A model generated the notes under the pieces. The model was not told the DNA's origin, searched no databases, and saw only the letters and a list, made by a program, of their open reading frames with translations. A program made the translations under genes and the position numbers. A DNA stretch of 64,000 bases from Cyclobacteriaceae bacterium (GTDB lineage: Bacteria; Bacteroidota; Bacteroidia; Cytophagales; Cyclobacteriaceae). Location: the NCBI GenBank assembly GCA_020436085.1, contig JAGQYM010000015.1, positions 3,190 through 67,189 on the forward strand, given 5' to 3'. Below, in pieces: positions 30,679-41,921 of the stretch (position 1 is the first letter of the stretch; every line of letters begins with the position of its first letter).

Positions 30679-31507
30679 ACTCTGCTTTCCATTTCTTTTT
30701 ACCCTAGTCGCACTGACATCATTTGCTCAGGATGCTAAGTGGAAAAAATACGAAGTGGAAGCAGATACCCTCATGAACCGTCAGGATTTTGAGGGAGCAA
30801 TCAAACTGTACTCCAAAGTCATCAAAACCTCGAAGTTAAAAGACAAATCGTCTTACGGTTCTCTTTACAAACGGGCCGTGTGCTACTATTCTAGAGGACA
30901 ATTTGATCCGGCACTTGCAGATCTTGCCACCTTCATGAAAGAATACCCTAGTCTGTACCAGGCTCATCTTCTTAAAGCGTTCATTTATCGCGACATGGAT
31001 GATGCAGAAAACCAGCTGAAAGCATTGGATAATGCATTGGCAATTCAACCTGGCGATCCAGGATTGATAAAATGGCGTTCAGGGGTATATCTGCAAGAAG
31101 GAGAGTACGAAAAAGTAAAAGAAGATTTGCAGTACGTGAAGGCGATTCAGGATGACCCCGAAGTAGAAATGTATCTTGGTTTTGCTTACTACAATCTGCA
31201 ACAGGCCGATAGCGCATTTATTTCTTTGAACAAGGCTATAGAACTTGAACCAACTTACTTACCTGCCTATCTGTACGGAGGAAGCTTCAGCTTGCAAGAG
31301 GCGGATCACGAACGAGCACTTAAATATCTGGATGTGGCCTTGAAACTTGACCCGGAAAACGTTAACGCGCAGTTTTACAAAGGAGTAGCATTAGTTGAGC
31401 TCGATCGTCTCGAAGAAGGGTGCCGGTTCCTGGCAAAAGCCTTCTACAATGGTGAAGATGATGCAGGTGGTTATCTGAAGGAGCGTTGTTATACGCTGGA
31501 CAAGTAA
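30671..31507 (+). CDS. Secreted tetratricopeptide repeat protein
   Basis: Signal peptide and multiple TPR units (e.g. MYLGFAYYNLQQADSAFISLNKAIELEP). Confidence 0.85.
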
Positions 31508-31588
31508 GCAAACTTTAAGCTGTCGGATTTCGTTTTAGTGGTGTCAACCACTTTGATAATAATGAACAAGCCTGATCGTTATTTATCT

Positions 31589-32191
31589 ATGGACAGAGTT
31601 TATTTTTTACTCGCAAGTATCTCTCTTTTATTTGCGGGGTGCGAACCCTCACCCAGCGCGGAGGAGCTCAACCAGGATCTTTTGGTTCAGACCGCGTTCG
31701 ATGAAACTATCAACTTCAAGAACTACAATACCTACTCGATTCCCCTGGATACTTTGGGGTTAATTTCCAATAGCGTAAATGATACACTTCTGTTGGGCGA
31801 ATATTCCAAGTTGGTGACTCAACGACTCAAGTCGAATATGGATAGCAGAGGGTACACCTGGGTTGAAAAGAGTCAGTCGCCTGATCTTGGATTAACTGCG
31901 TTTGTGGTTAACAACTTCAATGTCTTTCAAACCATTAACTATCCCAATTACTACGGAGGATACTATTCACCGTACTATGGATATTATTATCCGGTTGTTA
32001 ATACCTATGCATCCAATTCTGGAATTCTGATCATACAATTAGTTGATCTAAACCAAAAGACTTCCCAAAATCAGTTCAGAGTAATTTGGAACTGTTATAT
32101 CGGAGACATCATTGCTTCTCCAGATCCTGCAGGTAAATCAGTCGAGGCGGTGGACCAGGCTTTCACACAAACCTCAGTAATCGGCAAGTAG
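31589..32191 (+). CDS. DUF4136-like lipoprotein
   Basis: Lipobox FAG-C from ATG 31589. FDETINFKNYNTY, MDSRGY, Tyr/Gly-rich segment, GILIIQLVD, IWNCY. Confidence 0.75.
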   Translation: MDRVYFLLASISLLFAGCEPSPSAEELNQDLLVQTAFDETINFKNYNTYSIPLDTLGLISNSVNDTLLLGEYSKLVTQRLKSNMDSRGYTWVEKSQSPDLGLTAFVVNNFNVFQTINYPNYYGGYYSPYYGYYYPVVNTYASNSGILIIQLVDLNQKTSQNQFRVIWNCYIGDIIASPDPAGKSVEAVDQAFTQTSVIGK

Positions 32192-32192
32192 T

Positions 32193-32798
32193 ATGAGAAT
32201 TCTGATTACTATATTTTTGATCGGTTTTAGCAAGGTGGCTTTTGGCCAATACTTTGACAAAATTTATGGTTTCTCACTTGACGTAACCACTCCATTGTCC
32301 AACACCGAGTATGTTGACAATATCAGCGCTCGTGGTTTTCGATTTATGTACCGCGAAATGATCAGTGAAAAATTTTTTGGTGGCCTGGATCTTACAAACT
32401 CAACTCTTACTGAGTACAAACCGAGGCAGACCTACACCAATGGATCGGGCGCGATCACAACTGATCTGTATAACTACACTTATAACTATGGTGCTACTCT
32501 CACTTTCGACTATTTTCTAAATACCGAGAAGAAGCTAATGCCATATGCCGGCCTTGGTGTAGGCGCTTCATTTCTACGCTTTCACCAATATTATAATGTG
32601 TATACAAGCCAGGCAGACAGTTGGGGTGTGTTAATTCGACCTCAAGTCGGGATATTTTATCGCTTGCGCGAAAATTCCTCATGGGCATTTCAAGCAGCGT
32701 TACACTACGATTATTCTTCTGCCAAAAGCGAGGAGTTGGATTTAGGGGCGCTCAGTGTCATTGGTATGCAGGTTGGCTTTGTAATACTTGATTGGTAA
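32193..32798 (+). CDS. Outer-membrane beta-barrel protein (OmpW/porin-like)
   Basis: Signal peptide, alternating beta strands, PYAGLGVGA, PQVGI, aromatic C-terminus. Confidence 0.75.
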   Translation: MRILITIFLIGFSKVAFGQYFDKIYGFSLDVTTPLSNTEYVDNISARGFRFMYREMISEKFFGGLDLTNSTLTEYKPRQTYTNGSGAITTDLYNYTYNYGATLTFDYFLNTEKKLMPYAGLGVGASFLRFHQYYNVYTSQADSWGVLIRPQVGIFYRLRENSSWAFQAALHYDYSSAKSEELDLGALSVIGMQVGFVILDW

Positions 32799-32854
32799 AA
32801 CTTAAACGTTTCAATAGTTAGTTTCGGCTCGCTTGTTCTGTGCCGGGATCGGGT

Positions 32855-32862
32855 TATTTTTG
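32855..32862 (+). promoter_or_regulatory. -7 promoter box 4 nt upstream of the guaA ATG
   Basis: TATTTTTG-CAGC-ATG. Confidence 0.6.
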
Positions 32863-32866
32863 CAGC

Positions 32867-34393
32867 ATGCAGGAGCAAATCTTGATTTTAGACTTTGGTT
32901 CTCAGTATACTCAATTGATAGCCAGGCGAGTACGGGAACTGAATGTGTATTGCGAAATCCATCCTTTTAATCACGTGCCGCCACTGAATGATGGTATTAA
33001 AGGTATCATCCTCTCCGGAAGCCCCTGCTCCGTGCGCGACAACGGATCTCCCGATGTCGATCTGTCAGCGTTTGGTTCGGTTCCTGTACTAGGCGTATGC
33101 TATGGTGCACAACTGATGGCCCACAAAAGCGGAGGCGAAGTTCAGCCCTCTAAAATTAGAGAGTATGGACGTGCGAAGCTGACCTCGGTTGACCATCACA
33201 ACGAACTCCTGAAAGAAATATCATTGGACTCCCAGGTGTGGATGTCACATTCAGATACGATAGCCACACTTCCTGATGAATATGAAATAATTGCAAGCAC
33301 ACCTACAGTGAAAGTGGCTGCATTTGCACACAAGCAGAGAAATCACTTTGCCATTCAGTTTCACCCCGAGGTAACACACACAATCGAAGGTAAGAACCTG
33401 CTTCGGAATTTTGTGGTACACATTTGTGGTTGCACGCAAGATTGGACACCTGATCAGTTTGTGGAAGCAACCGTGGCTGATCTTCAAAAGAAATTAGGAA
33501 ATGACAAAGTAGTAATGGCCCTGTCGGGCGGAGTAGATTCTACAGTAGCCGCTACGCTCATTCATAAAGCAATTGGCAAAAATCTCTATTGCATTTTCGT
33601 GGACAACGGCTTACTCCGCAAAAATGAATTTCAGCAAGTCCTCAACTCTTACCGCCACATGGGGTTGAACATCAAAGGAGTTGACGCAAAAGACAAATTC
33701 TACATCGCACTAAAAGGACTTACCGATCCAGAGGCAAAACGAAAAGCAATTGGAAAAACATTCATCGATGTTTTTGATGAAGAGGCCCATCGTATCAGTG
33801 ATGTAAAATGGCTTGGTCAGGGTACAATATATCCCGATGTGATCGAATCAGTTTCAGTGAAAGGCCCGTCAGTGACGATCAAGTCACACCACAATGTAGG
33901 AGGCCTTCCGGCAAAAATGAAACTGAAAGTTGTGGAGCCACTCAACACACTCTTTAAGGATGAGGTGAGGTTAGTAGGAAAGACTTTGGAGATTGATCCT
34001 ACAATTTTAGGAAGGCATCCTTTCCCAGGCCCTGGACTTGGCATTCGAATATTAAGTGATATCACAGCAGAGAAAGTTCGTATTCTACAGGAAGTTGATC
34101 ACATCTTCATCAATGGCCTGCGCGAACATAATTTGTATGATAGCGTTTGGCAAGCAGGCGCCATGTTGTTGCCTGTGCAGTCGGTGGGGGTAATGGGCGA
34201 TGAGCGGACCTACGAAAGTGTGGTGGCATTGAGAGCTGTCGTGAGCGTGGATGGCATGACTGCTGATTGGTCGCATTTGCCTTATGAGTTTTTAAGTGAG
34301 ATTTCTTCAACGATTATTAATAATATTAAAGGCGTCAATAGGGTGGTTTATGATATAAGTTCGAAACCACCTGCCACTATTGAGTGGGAATAA
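32867..34393 (+). CDS. guaA: GMP synthase (glutamine-hydrolysing)
   Basis: [66 protein letters not shown]. Start is ATG 32867. Confidence 0.98.
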   Translation: MQEQILILDFGSQYTQLIARRVRELNVYCEIHPFNHVPPLNDGIKGIILSGSPCSVRDNGSPDVDLSAFGSVPVLGVCYGAQLMAHKSGGEVQPSKIREYGRAKLTSVDHHNELLKEISLDSQVWMSHSDTIATLPDEYEIIASTPTVKVAAFAHKQRNHFAIQFHPEVTHTIEGKNLLRNFVVHICGCTQDWTPDQFVEATVADLQKKLGNDKVVMALSGGVDSTVAATLIHKAIGKNLYCIFVDNGLLRKNEFQQVLNSYRHMGLNIKGVDAKDKFYIALKGLTDPEAKRKAIGKTFIDVFDEEAHRISDVKWLGQGTIYPDVIESVSVKGPSVTIKSHHNVGGLPAKMKLKVVEPLNTLFKDEVRLVGKTLEIDPTILGRHPFPGPGLGIRILSDITAEKVRILQEVDHIFINGLREHNLYDSVWQAGAMLLPVQSVGVMGDERTYESVVALRAVVSVDGMTADWSHLPYEFLSEISSTIINNIKGVNRVVYDISSKPPATIEWE

Positions 34394-34402
34394 ACTGACC
34401 AA

Positions 34403-36136
34403 ATGAGAGGACCTAAATTCTTACAGGTACTTGTTGTTCTATTGGGAGTGTCCCTGGCAGCATCTGCGCAGGACTACCGCAGACAATTCCGGTCAGCTAA
34501 GGATTTCTTCAATGATGGCCAGTACAACCTGGCGATGGAAGCATTCAAGCCTCTGATTGTCTACGACAAAGACAATCCTTATGTGGAGCATGCTTCTTTT
34601 TTCTATGCATTGTCGGCATATCATCGGGGTTTTGGATCTGTAGCCAAGGATATGTTGTTGCAGATCAAGTCACTCTATTCCAATTGGGATCAGATGAAAG
34701 AGGTGAACTATTGGTTGGCCAGAATTTATTTTGATCAGCGCCAGTATTTTCAGGCTATGCAGATGTTGCGCGAATACCCTGTTCTTCTTACCGAGATGAA
34801 CGTGACGCAGATGAAGGGCCACTACCTCAATCAGATAGAAGATGTAGAAACGCTGCGAATGATGTGGGAGGAACATCCGGAGGATCGTGTGGTGGGTAAG
34901 GCGTTGGCAAAAGCCATATCTCGCCAACCTTACCTTGAGCAGGATTTTCAACTTATCGATTCGTTGGTTATTCGATTTGGATTTGAAAGAGAAGAATTTG
35001 CTTCGTCACTTAAACCAGTGAATGTCTACAAAGACAAGTATGTAGTATCTCTTTTGTTTCCATTCCTTGCAAAAACACTTGAGCCTACACTGGCAACTAA
35101 AGTCAATCAAAGTGTTCTCGATTTGTACCTGGGCATGAAACTTGCCCTCGACACATTAGCAGCCCAGGGAATTAACATCGAACTCCGTTCCTATGACACG
35201 GAGAGAAGCGCAAGTGCCACTACAGAGTTGCTGTCATGGGAAGAACTCAAATCATCTGATCTTTTGGTAGGTCCACTTTTTCCAGGGCAGACACCAGTTG
35301 TTCAAGAGTTTTCCATCAACAATAAGATCAACATGATCAGCCCGGTGTCAAGCAACACTTCCTTTTTAGGGGAAAACCCTTTCGCAATGTTGATTCAGCC
35401 AAACAGTGAGACGATGGGCGAACGTTCTGCCGAATTGATAGCCAGAAGAATTCCAAACAAAAACTGTATGGTCTTCTTTGGTGAAGCGCAGAAGGATTCA
35501 GTTGCTGCTGCTTCATTTTTGGCGAAAGCCAAGGAGTTGGAATTGAATATCGTTTGGGCTGAACGAGTGACGAAGGACAACAGCGCTGACATCTTTACTA
35601 AACTTGCTACACCTGTTGAGTACGATGAGTTTAAAAATCCGGTTGAATTTGAATTGAAGGTAGATAGTATCGGCAGCGTATATGTTGCCTCTGACGATCC
35701 ATTAATTTACACTAAGGTGATCAGTGCAGTCGATACGCGAGGTGACTCAGTAATTGTAGTAGGTAGTGAGGCGTGGTTAAATAATGCTGCGGCAAATTTT
35801 GAAACCTATGAGCGACTTCATATCACAATGGCCGCTCCAACTTACACGGTGTTGTCAAACCCCAACTACAAAACCTTTAAGCAAAAATACGTACGTAAAC
35901 ACGGCAATCTGCCACCGGAGTTGGCACGGATCGGTTTTGAGTTTATGTGGTTTGCAGGTCGGTGCCTTAAAGATTATGGCGTTTATTTTCAGGAAGGCCT
36001 GCAATCTGTGTCATTTATGCCGGGTCATCTGTTTCGGGGCTATGACTTCCGCGGATCACGTTCGAATCTCTATGTTCCCTTCATTCACTTCCGCTCCGGG
36101 CAGTTGGAGTTTCTCGAACCATTGCCGGTAAACTGA
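34403..36136 (+). CDS. Exported protein: N-terminal TPR/BamD-like region + type-1 periplasmic binding-like domain
   Basis: Signal peptide, TPR-like helices, then VSLLFPF, GMKLALDTL, YDTE, DLLVGPLF, MISPVS. Confidence 0.7.
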   Translation: MRGPKFLQVLVVLLGVSLAASAQDYRRQFRSAKDFFNDGQYNLAMEAFKPLIVYDKDNPYVEHASFFYALSAYHRGFGSVAKDMLLQIKSLYSNWDQMKEVNYWLARIYFDQRQYFQAMQMLREYPVLLTEMNVTQMKGHYLNQIEDVETLRMMWEEHPEDRVVGKALAKAISRQPYLEQDFQLIDSLVIRFGFEREEFASSLKPVNVYKDKYVVSLLFPFLAKTLEPTLATKVNQSVLDLYLGMKLALDTLAAQGINIELRSYDTERSASATTELLSWEELKSSDLLVGPLFPGQTPVVQEFSINNKINMISPVSSNTSFLGENPFAMLIQPNSETMGERSAELIARRIPNKNCMVFFGEAQKDSVAAASFLAKAKELELNIVWAERVTKDNSADIFTKLATPVEYDEFKNPVEFELKVDSIGSVYVASDDPLIYTKVISAVDTRGDSVIVVGSEAWLNNAAANFETYERLHITMAAPTYTVLSNPNYKTFKQKYVRKHGNLPPELARIGFEFMWFAGRCLKDYGVYFQEGLQSVSFMPGHLFRGYDFRGSRSNLYVPFIHFRSGQLEFLEPLPVN

Positions 36137-36276
36137 TCGTTCGTAATCATTGAATTTCTTACACCGATCCGGTGCTCATTTTGGTTTTTACTAATTTGCA
36201 GGCTTGATGCTGTAAAAAGCTGAAATTGTAAGCTAAATCGATGTTTTTATTACCTTTATCACTTGACTTGCCACAA

Positions 36277-37311
36277 ATGAGGCTCTATTTAGTTTTGATG
36301 CTGCTTTGCGTTTGTTCTCTGTCTGCTCTGGCTCAGGGCGAGCGTAGGGACAAAGGTGCGGTTACATTTGAGGAGCTGTACGATGAGCCGTATGCGGTCA
36401 ATAAATTATTTGTTGGATTCCAGCCACTTTACGGTGATGTGTTCGCCACCAATGTGAATGCAGGATTTGGCATCGAGGCGGCCTACTATTATCAGGATAA
36501 AGCCGACTTTCGTGTGCACTACAGGAGACCTTACAGCAGTAGCTTCTACGACCTCAATAGTGATCTTGCAGATAAGAATGGAAACAGCAGCAATCAACCT
36601 ACTACATTCAGTTACCTGGAATTAGGTGGAACCTATCATTTCAAAGATGTTGAAGAAACCTCTAAGACCAGAATGGTGCTATACAGAAATAGCTATAAAG
36701 GAAATAAATGGGCGGGACGTGTGCCATTGAAGGCAGAGGTGCCTGCGAAGGTGAGAAAGATTTATGGTGCACGACTTGGTGCTATTGCCTGGAGCTCAAC
36801 AGTTGATCTGAATCGCGTGATGGAGAAACAAGATCTAACTAATGTTGATTTAATCAACTCTGAAGGAATAGGTATACCCACAACCTTTGTAGACAACCTC
36901 GGGCGCACACAGGATGTCAGAGTGTTTACTAATCTTTCATCAACAGGGTTATACTTAGGCGGTTCAATTTCATGGTTTAGAAACGTGGCCGTTGCTTTTG
37001 ATTCTTATGAAGAGGCAGTGGATGACGGATTGCTTACCTTATTTTTTGATATCATGTATGCACCTTCATTAAGTCTCGATCCGGTACAGTACCAATCTGC
37101 TGAATACAGTGTCGATCCCATCAAGACAAGTGCTCTTGGATTTCGACTGGGGCTTGATGGAAAATTCAATCGTACCCTTAGTTGGGCTTATGGTGGAGAA
37201 CTGGGCTATCGCCCGAGTGTGCAGGGACGTCAGTTCTTTGCGATGTTCAAAATCAGCTTCCCTGTTTTCGGCACCAACCTGGATTACAAAGTAGAGTCCT
37301 TCGGTCAATAA
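36277..37311 (+). CDS. Hypothetical exported protein, probably an outer-membrane beta-barrel
   Basis: Signal peptide from ATG 36277 and amphipathic beta strands. No family recognised. Confidence 0.6.
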   Translation: MRLYLVLMLLCVCSLSALAQGERRDKGAVTFEELYDEPYAVNKLFVGFQPLYGDVFATNVNAGFGIEAAYYYQDKADFRVHYRRPYSSSFYDLNSDLADKNGNSSNQPTTFSYLELGGTYHFKDVEETSKTRMVLYRNSYKGNKWAGRVPLKAEVPAKVRKIYGARLGAIAWSSTVDLNRVMEKQDLTNVDLINSEGIGIPTTFVDNLGRTQDVRVFTNLSSTGLYLGGSISWFRNVAVAFDSYEEAVDDGLLTLFFDIMYAPSLSLDPVQYQSAEYSVDPIKTSALGFRLGLDGKFNRTLSWAYGGELGYRPSVQGRQFFAMFKISFPVFGTNLDYKVESFGQ

Positions 37312-37318
37312 TATCCTG

Positions 37319-38554
37319 ATGTCCTGGGATATCCTCATTACCAATATTAAAGGTCTTGCACAAGTTAGAGAGAGCACACCCGGTGTAATAAAGGGAGGTG
37401 CTATGGCTGATTTGCCAATCATTGAGCAAGCGTTCCTTGCTATCAAGGATGGCAAGATTGCCGATTATGGGCAGATGAAAAACCTTCCCTCGTCATCAGC
37501 GACCCGGACAATCAATGCAGAAGATCGATTTGTTCTTCCATCCTTTGTTGATTCACACACTCATCTTGTGTTCGCGGCCAGTCGTGAAGAGGAATTCGTG
37601 ATGAAGATCAATGGTGCCAGCTATGCGGAGATTGCCGCCAAGGGCGGTGGGATATTAAATTCAGCGAATAAGCTTCAGCAGATGTCTGAGGATGAACTCT
37701 TCGAGAGGACAAGGAAACGCGCTGATGAGATCATCAGATGGGGTACTGGTGCAGTTGAAATCAAAAGTGGATATGGCCTAACCGTCAAGGATGAACTGAA
37801 GATGCTGCGGGTGGCGCGAAAGATTGGCAAGGAAACGCCTCTGAAAGTAAAGACAACTTTTTTGGGGGCACATGCTATACCCAAGTCTCACACCAAAGAG
37901 GACTACGTCAAACTGGTGCTCGAAGAAATGATACCTGCAGTAGCCGAGGAAAAACTTGCTGATTATATCGATGTATTTTGTGAGGAGGGTTTCTTCAGCA
38001 AAGAAGAGACGATCAGAATTGCGGAAGAAGGAAAGAAATTTGGAATGCGCCCTCGCATTCATGCCAATCAATTAAAAAGATCTGGTGGTGTGCAGGCCGG
38101 TGTCGAAGTGGGTGCAATCAGCGTTGACCATCTGGAGAACATTGGAGAAGAGGAGATTGAGGCGCTAAGAGGAAGCGATACTATTCCTACCGCACTGCCC
38201 GGTGCTGCTTATTTTCTCAACCTTTCTTTTCCGCCAGCGAGAGATTTAATGAGTGCAGGACTACCATTGGCAATAGCCTCTGATTATAATCCCGGTAGTT
38301 CACCCACAGGAAATATGCAAATGATGGTTTCCATGGCGTGCATAAAAATGAAAATGACACCGGAGGAAGCGTTCAATGCGGCTACGATCAATACCGCTGC
38401 CGCGATGGAGGTGCTTGATACACATGGAAGCATTACGCGGGGAAAGACAGCCAGCGTCTTAATTACAAAACAAGTTCCTTCAATTGCCTATTTGCCCTAT
38501 GCGTTTGGAACGCAATGGATTGAGCAGGTGATTATCAATGGCCAGGTGCTCTAG
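37319..38554 (+). CDS. hutI: Imidazolonepropionase
   Basis: VDSHTHLVFA, GGGILNS, EIKSGYGL, TFLGAHA, IDVFCEEG, IHANQ, DHLE, ASDYNPGSSP. Confidence 0.95.
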   Translation: MSWDILITNIKGLAQVRESTPGVIKGGAMADLPIIEQAFLAIKDGKIADYGQMKNLPSSSATRTINAEDRFVLPSFVDSHTHLVFAASREEEFVMKINGASYAEIAAKGGGILNSANKLQQMSEDELFERTRKRADEIIRWGTGAVEIKSGYGLTVKDELKMLRVARKIGKETPLKVKTTFLGAHAIPKSHTKEDYVKLVLEEMIPAVAEEKLADYIDVFCEEGFFSKEETIRIAEEGKKFGMRPRIHANQLKRSGGVQAGVEVGAISVDHLENIGEEEIEALRGSDTIPTALPGAAYFLNLSFPPARDLMSAGLPLAIASDYNPGSSPTGNMQMMVSMACIKMKMTPEEAFNAATINTAAAMEVLDTHGSITRGKTASVLITKQVPSIAYLPYAFGTQWIEQVIINGQVL

Positions 38555-38958
38555 GCTGGTCTAACTACCTCAGACGAGTGGGTCACTTTTATTTTAAGGC
38601 TGTCAGCAACTGAACAATATTTTTCTAACGACAGCTTGGCAACTTTGGCAAGTTCCTCCTTCTCCACATCGGGTGAAGTGATCTTATAGTGGCAATGGAT
38701 TTGTGTGAAAGACCGTGGATGTTCGTCTCTGCGCACTCCCTCCGTTTCAGTCACGAAATCGATAATCGTCTTTTTTCTTTTCTTAAGCATCAGCGTGATG
38801 TCCACGGCTCCGCACGCACCCACGGCCGATAAAAGGAGTTCAACTGGAGATTGATTCTTCTTGACGTCTGGCTTGCGCATGTCAATCTTCACCTCATGAC
38901 CTAGTTCGTTGGTGGCTACATACACCTCATCCTCGATCATCCGCGTTGTACTTTTCAT
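38551..38958 (-). CDS. OsmC-family protein
   Basis: SPVELLLSAVGACGAVD and SLEKYCSV (two conserved Cys). Confidence 0.9.
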   Translation of the reverse strand: MKSTTRMIEDEVYVATNELGHEVKIDMRKPDVKKNQSPVELLLSAVGACGAVDITLMLKKRKKTIIDFVTETEGVRRDEHPRSFTQIHCHYKITSPDVEKEELAKVAKLSLEKYCSVADSLKIKVTHSSEVVRPA

Positions 38959-39003
38959 TTCTTTTGACCGTTTAATACGCTTGAATTTACTTATAATTGC
39001 TCC

Positions 39004-39537
39004 ATGCCACTAAAGGAGAAGATCAAAACTTTGATCCGTGATGTTCCTGACTTTCCAAAGCCCGGAATTCTTTTTAAGGATATCACGCCTTTGTTGGAGG
39101 ATCCTTCAGTGGTTCGACAGATTGTCCAGGAATTTGCCAATCACTGCCGTAATCTGAATGTAAATGCAGTGGCAGGAATTGAGGCGAGAGGATTTCTGTT
39201 TGGGTTTCTTTTGGCGCAGGAGTTAGGAGTACCGTTCATTCCTGTTCGCAAATCTGGCCGGTTGCCTTACAAAAAGATAAGTCAGTCTTACGATCTGGAG
39301 TATGGGTCAGCATCTATCGAGATGCATGAGGATGCCCTCGAACACGGGTGGAGGGTGGTGGTTCATGACGACCTGTTGGCTACTGGAGGTACAGCGAACG
39401 CTGCCGGCAAACTGATTGAGACTCTGGGTGGAGAGGTGGCAGGCTTTTGTTTTGTCGTTGACCTGAGTTTTTTGAATGGCTTGAAATTGCTCCGCGAGAA
39501 TTATAAGTGCGAGCCTCATTATTTAATTCAGTATTGA
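39004..39537 (+). CDS. apt: Adenine phosphoribosyltransferase
   Basis: IRDVPDFPKPGILFKDIT, GIEARGF, LEYG, VVHDDLLATGGT. Confidence 0.97.
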   Translation: MPLKEKIKTLIRDVPDFPKPGILFKDITPLLEDPSVVRQIVQEFANHCRNLNVNAVAGIEARGFLFGFLLAQELGVPFIPVRKSGRLPYKKISQSYDLEYGSASIEMHEDALEHGWRVVVHDDLLATGGTANAAGKLIETLGGEVAGFCFVVDLSFLNGLKLLRENYKCEPHYLIQY

Positions 39538-39575
39538 AACTGTAACTTTTAGTTTAATTTGATGTTAAATAGGGT

Positions 39576-40163
39576 GTGACAGGATTGATTAGAATACCCA
39601 TTTTTCCCCTCACCATCTTTCCCCTTCCGGGGGAAATGGTCCCCTTACACATTTTTGAGCCGCGCTATCGCCAATTGCTGGAGGATGCCGAGAAGAAGGA
39701 CATCTCGTTTGGGATTTTTTACAACCATACGACCAACGAGGGTAAACTCGGATCTTTGGTAAAACTGGAGAGTATTATCAAAAGATATCCCGGAGGTGAA
39801 TCTGACATCATAGTGAAGTGCGTAGATCTGTTTTCGATGAATGTGATGCAGCGAACATTCAAGGATAAACTCTATCCCGGTGGAGATGTAGAGATGTGGA
39901 ACGTGGATATGACTACACCGGTGTCTCGGAAATTGAGTACCGAATTTGATTCCTATCTTAAATTACTCACAATCTCAAAACACGAGGAGTTCACCTCACT
40001 ATATAGCATTGCCAATGAACTCAATCTTGACAACCCTGATCGGTTGAAGTTTGTGCAGTCGGATGAAGAGAAAAAGGAAAGTTTCCTTTTATCAAGACTC
40101 CGATATCAAACACACCTGGTGATGGAAGCCGAGCGTTCAAAGGATGTTTTTCACTTGAACTAA
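39576..40163 (+). CDS. Stand-alone Lon protease N-terminal (substrate-binding) domain protein
   Basis: IPIFPL..FPLPGEMVPLHIFEPRYRQLLED. No AAA+ or protease domain. Confidence 0.85.
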   Translation: MTGLIRIPIFPLTIFPLPGEMVPLHIFEPRYRQLLEDAEKKDISFGIFYNHTTNEGKLGSLVKLESIIKRYPGGESDIIVKCVDLFSMNVMQRTFKDKLYPGGDVEMWNVDMTTPVSRKLSTEFDSYLKLLTISKHEEFTSLYSIANELNLDNPDRLKFVQSDEEKKESFLLSRLRYQTHLVMEAERSKDVFHLN

Positions 40164-40176
40164 ATCCTCTTATCTT

Positions 40177-41148
40177 CTATTTATTGTCTTTCTTCTTTTC
40201 CTTGTCCCTAAAATATTTTCGGAAGAGAAAATGACTTTGTAACGCTTCCATGTCTTCGTTGAACTTGCCTGTCCCCATATTCAGGTTCTTTAGGGTTTGA
40301 CGAAGGTCACTCACCATGGTGGTATCTTTCATTAAAGCAGGGATTGGCCCGCTGCCGGCACTTAGGTCACCAACAAGATGATTCAGACTATCAGTCGAAG
40401 AGTTGATTTGCTCTGATGCTTGCTTTAGACTATTCAAGGTCTCGTGAATTTTGTTTCGGGTAAGCGTATCGTTGATGAGCCAACCTGCCAATCCGCGGCC
40501 TTCATCTACCTCTTTCGAAATCTGTGAAATCTGTTTGAGGAGGTCATTGGTTTGATCCGTAGCTTTTCTCAGGTTGTTTACTGCTGTCATCACCTCTTGT
40601 CTCATGCCTGTGTCATAGAGCAGGTACGAGAGGGTTCCTTTGCCGTGTTTGATCTCCTGAACGATGTCCACCAGTTCTGAAGTGAGAATAGCCGCATTCT
40701 CATTGGTGGTTGTCAATGTTTTTAGAATGTCATCCGTCTTGATGCGGCTATAAGATTGAAGCAGGTCTCCGTCTGCTACTATGGCAGCTTCACCTTTTCC
40801 GGGACTGATATTCACAAGCATATTACCCATCAGTCCATCTGTGCTTATCGAGGCGACAGCATTTTTTTTGATGTGCATTCTTAGGTTCTCGCGAATGCGC
40901 ATGGTCACCTCAATGGTCGAATCATTTTCAATATCTACAGCTAGCACTGACCCTACATTGATTCCTGAAAAGCGGACATTGTTGCCGGGCTGCAGGCCAT
41001 TTACGTTGTTGAAAATCACCCTGAGCTGAAAGGTGTTGCTGAACATATCCTGCTTTTGCCCGATCAGATACACGGCAACAGCAAGCACGATGGTGCTGAA
41101 CGTGACAAATATTCCCAACCTCAGGGTTTTGTTGCTACTCTTTTCCAT
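40177..41148 (-). CDS. mlaD: MlaD/MCE-family protein
   Basis: N-terminal TM, FNNVNGLQPGNNVRFSGINVGSV, ISTDGLMGNMLVNISPG, helical C-terminal tail. Confidence 0.88.
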   Translation of the reverse strand: MEKSSNKTLRLGIFVTFSTIVLAVAVYLIGQKQDMFSNTFQLRVIFNNVNGLQPGNNVRFSGINVGSVLAVDIENDSTIEVTMRIRENLRMHIKKNAVASISTDGLMGNMLVNISPGKGEAAIVADGDLLQSYSRIKTDDILKTLTTTNENAAILTSELVDIVQEIKHGKGTLSYLLYDTGMRQEVMTAVNNLRKATDQTNDLLKQISQISKEVDEGRGLAGWLINDTLTRNKIHETLNSLKQASEQINSSTDSLNHLVGDLSAGSGPIPALMKDTTMVSDLRQTLKNLNMGTGKFNEDMEALQSHFLFRKYFRDKEKKKDNK

Positions 41149-41163
41149 TTGGTTTTTCGTTTG

Positions 41164-41916
41164 TCATAAGATTTTGAAAAATTCCTGTACCACCGCATCG
41201 GATGATCGCTCCAACTCATCGTAGGTTCCCTCAATGTAGTTTTTACCTTGAGACAGAATCACAATTCGATCGGAGGTAATTTTAGCGCAGGGCAGATCGT
41301 GCGTAATCACCACTGCTGCTGCCTTATACCGTTCCTGAACTTCCTTAATCAGGTAACTAATTTCTCTTCCCGTAATCGGGTCAAGACCACCGGTGGGTTC
41401 ATCGTAAAGAATAATTTTTGGCTCCAATATCAGCGTCCGCGCAAGTGCTATTCTTTTTTTCATTCCACCCGACAATTCGGAAGGCATGAGATTGATCGTG
41501 TGAAGCAAGCCAACGTTTTCCAGCGCCTCTTCCACTCTTTGTTGCATACTTCTTCCGCGACTGGCCTGATCGCGATGCCTGCGCAAGGGAAACTCAAGAT
41601 TTTCACGTACGGACATTGAATCATAAAGGGCAGCACCCTGAAACAGAAAACCTACATCCCTTCTCACCAAATCCATTTCTTTGCGGGTGAGTTCCGGAAC
41701 GGACCTACCCAACACATTCAATTCTCCTTTATCGATTTGTATCAACCCAATAATACACTTGATCAATACCGACTTTCCGGAGCCTGACTTGCCCAGTACT
41801 GCTACGTTTTCACCAGGCTGTACTTGAAAGTCAAACCCCCTGAGCACATGATTGCTTCCGAAGGATTTGTGCAAACCTTTGATTTCAATCGCCATATCAT
41901 CTCTTCCAGCTTGCAT
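41164..41916 (-). CDS. mlaF: MlaF-type ABC ATP-binding protein
   Basis: GKSGSGKS, LSGGMKKRIALAR, ILYDEPTGGLDP, ITHD. The start may be ATG 41895. Confidence 0.9.
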   Translation of the reverse strand: MQAGRDDMAIEIKGLHKSFGSNHVLRGFDFQVQPGENVAVLGKSGSGKSVLIKCIIGLIQIDKGELNVLGRSVPELTRKEMDLVRRDVGFLFQGAALYDSMSVRENLEFPLRRHRDQASRGRSMQQRVEEALENVGLLHTINLMPSELSGGMKKRIALARTLILEPKIILYDEPTGGLDPITGREISYLIKEVQERYKAAAVVITHDLPCAKITSDRIVILSQGKNYIEGTYDELERSSDAVVQEFFKIL

Positions 41917-41921
41917 TCCAA

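Noticed and set aside
37319-38554. Complete histidine utilisation operon
   Set aside because: Only hutI is present; hutH, hutU and hutG are not in the window.
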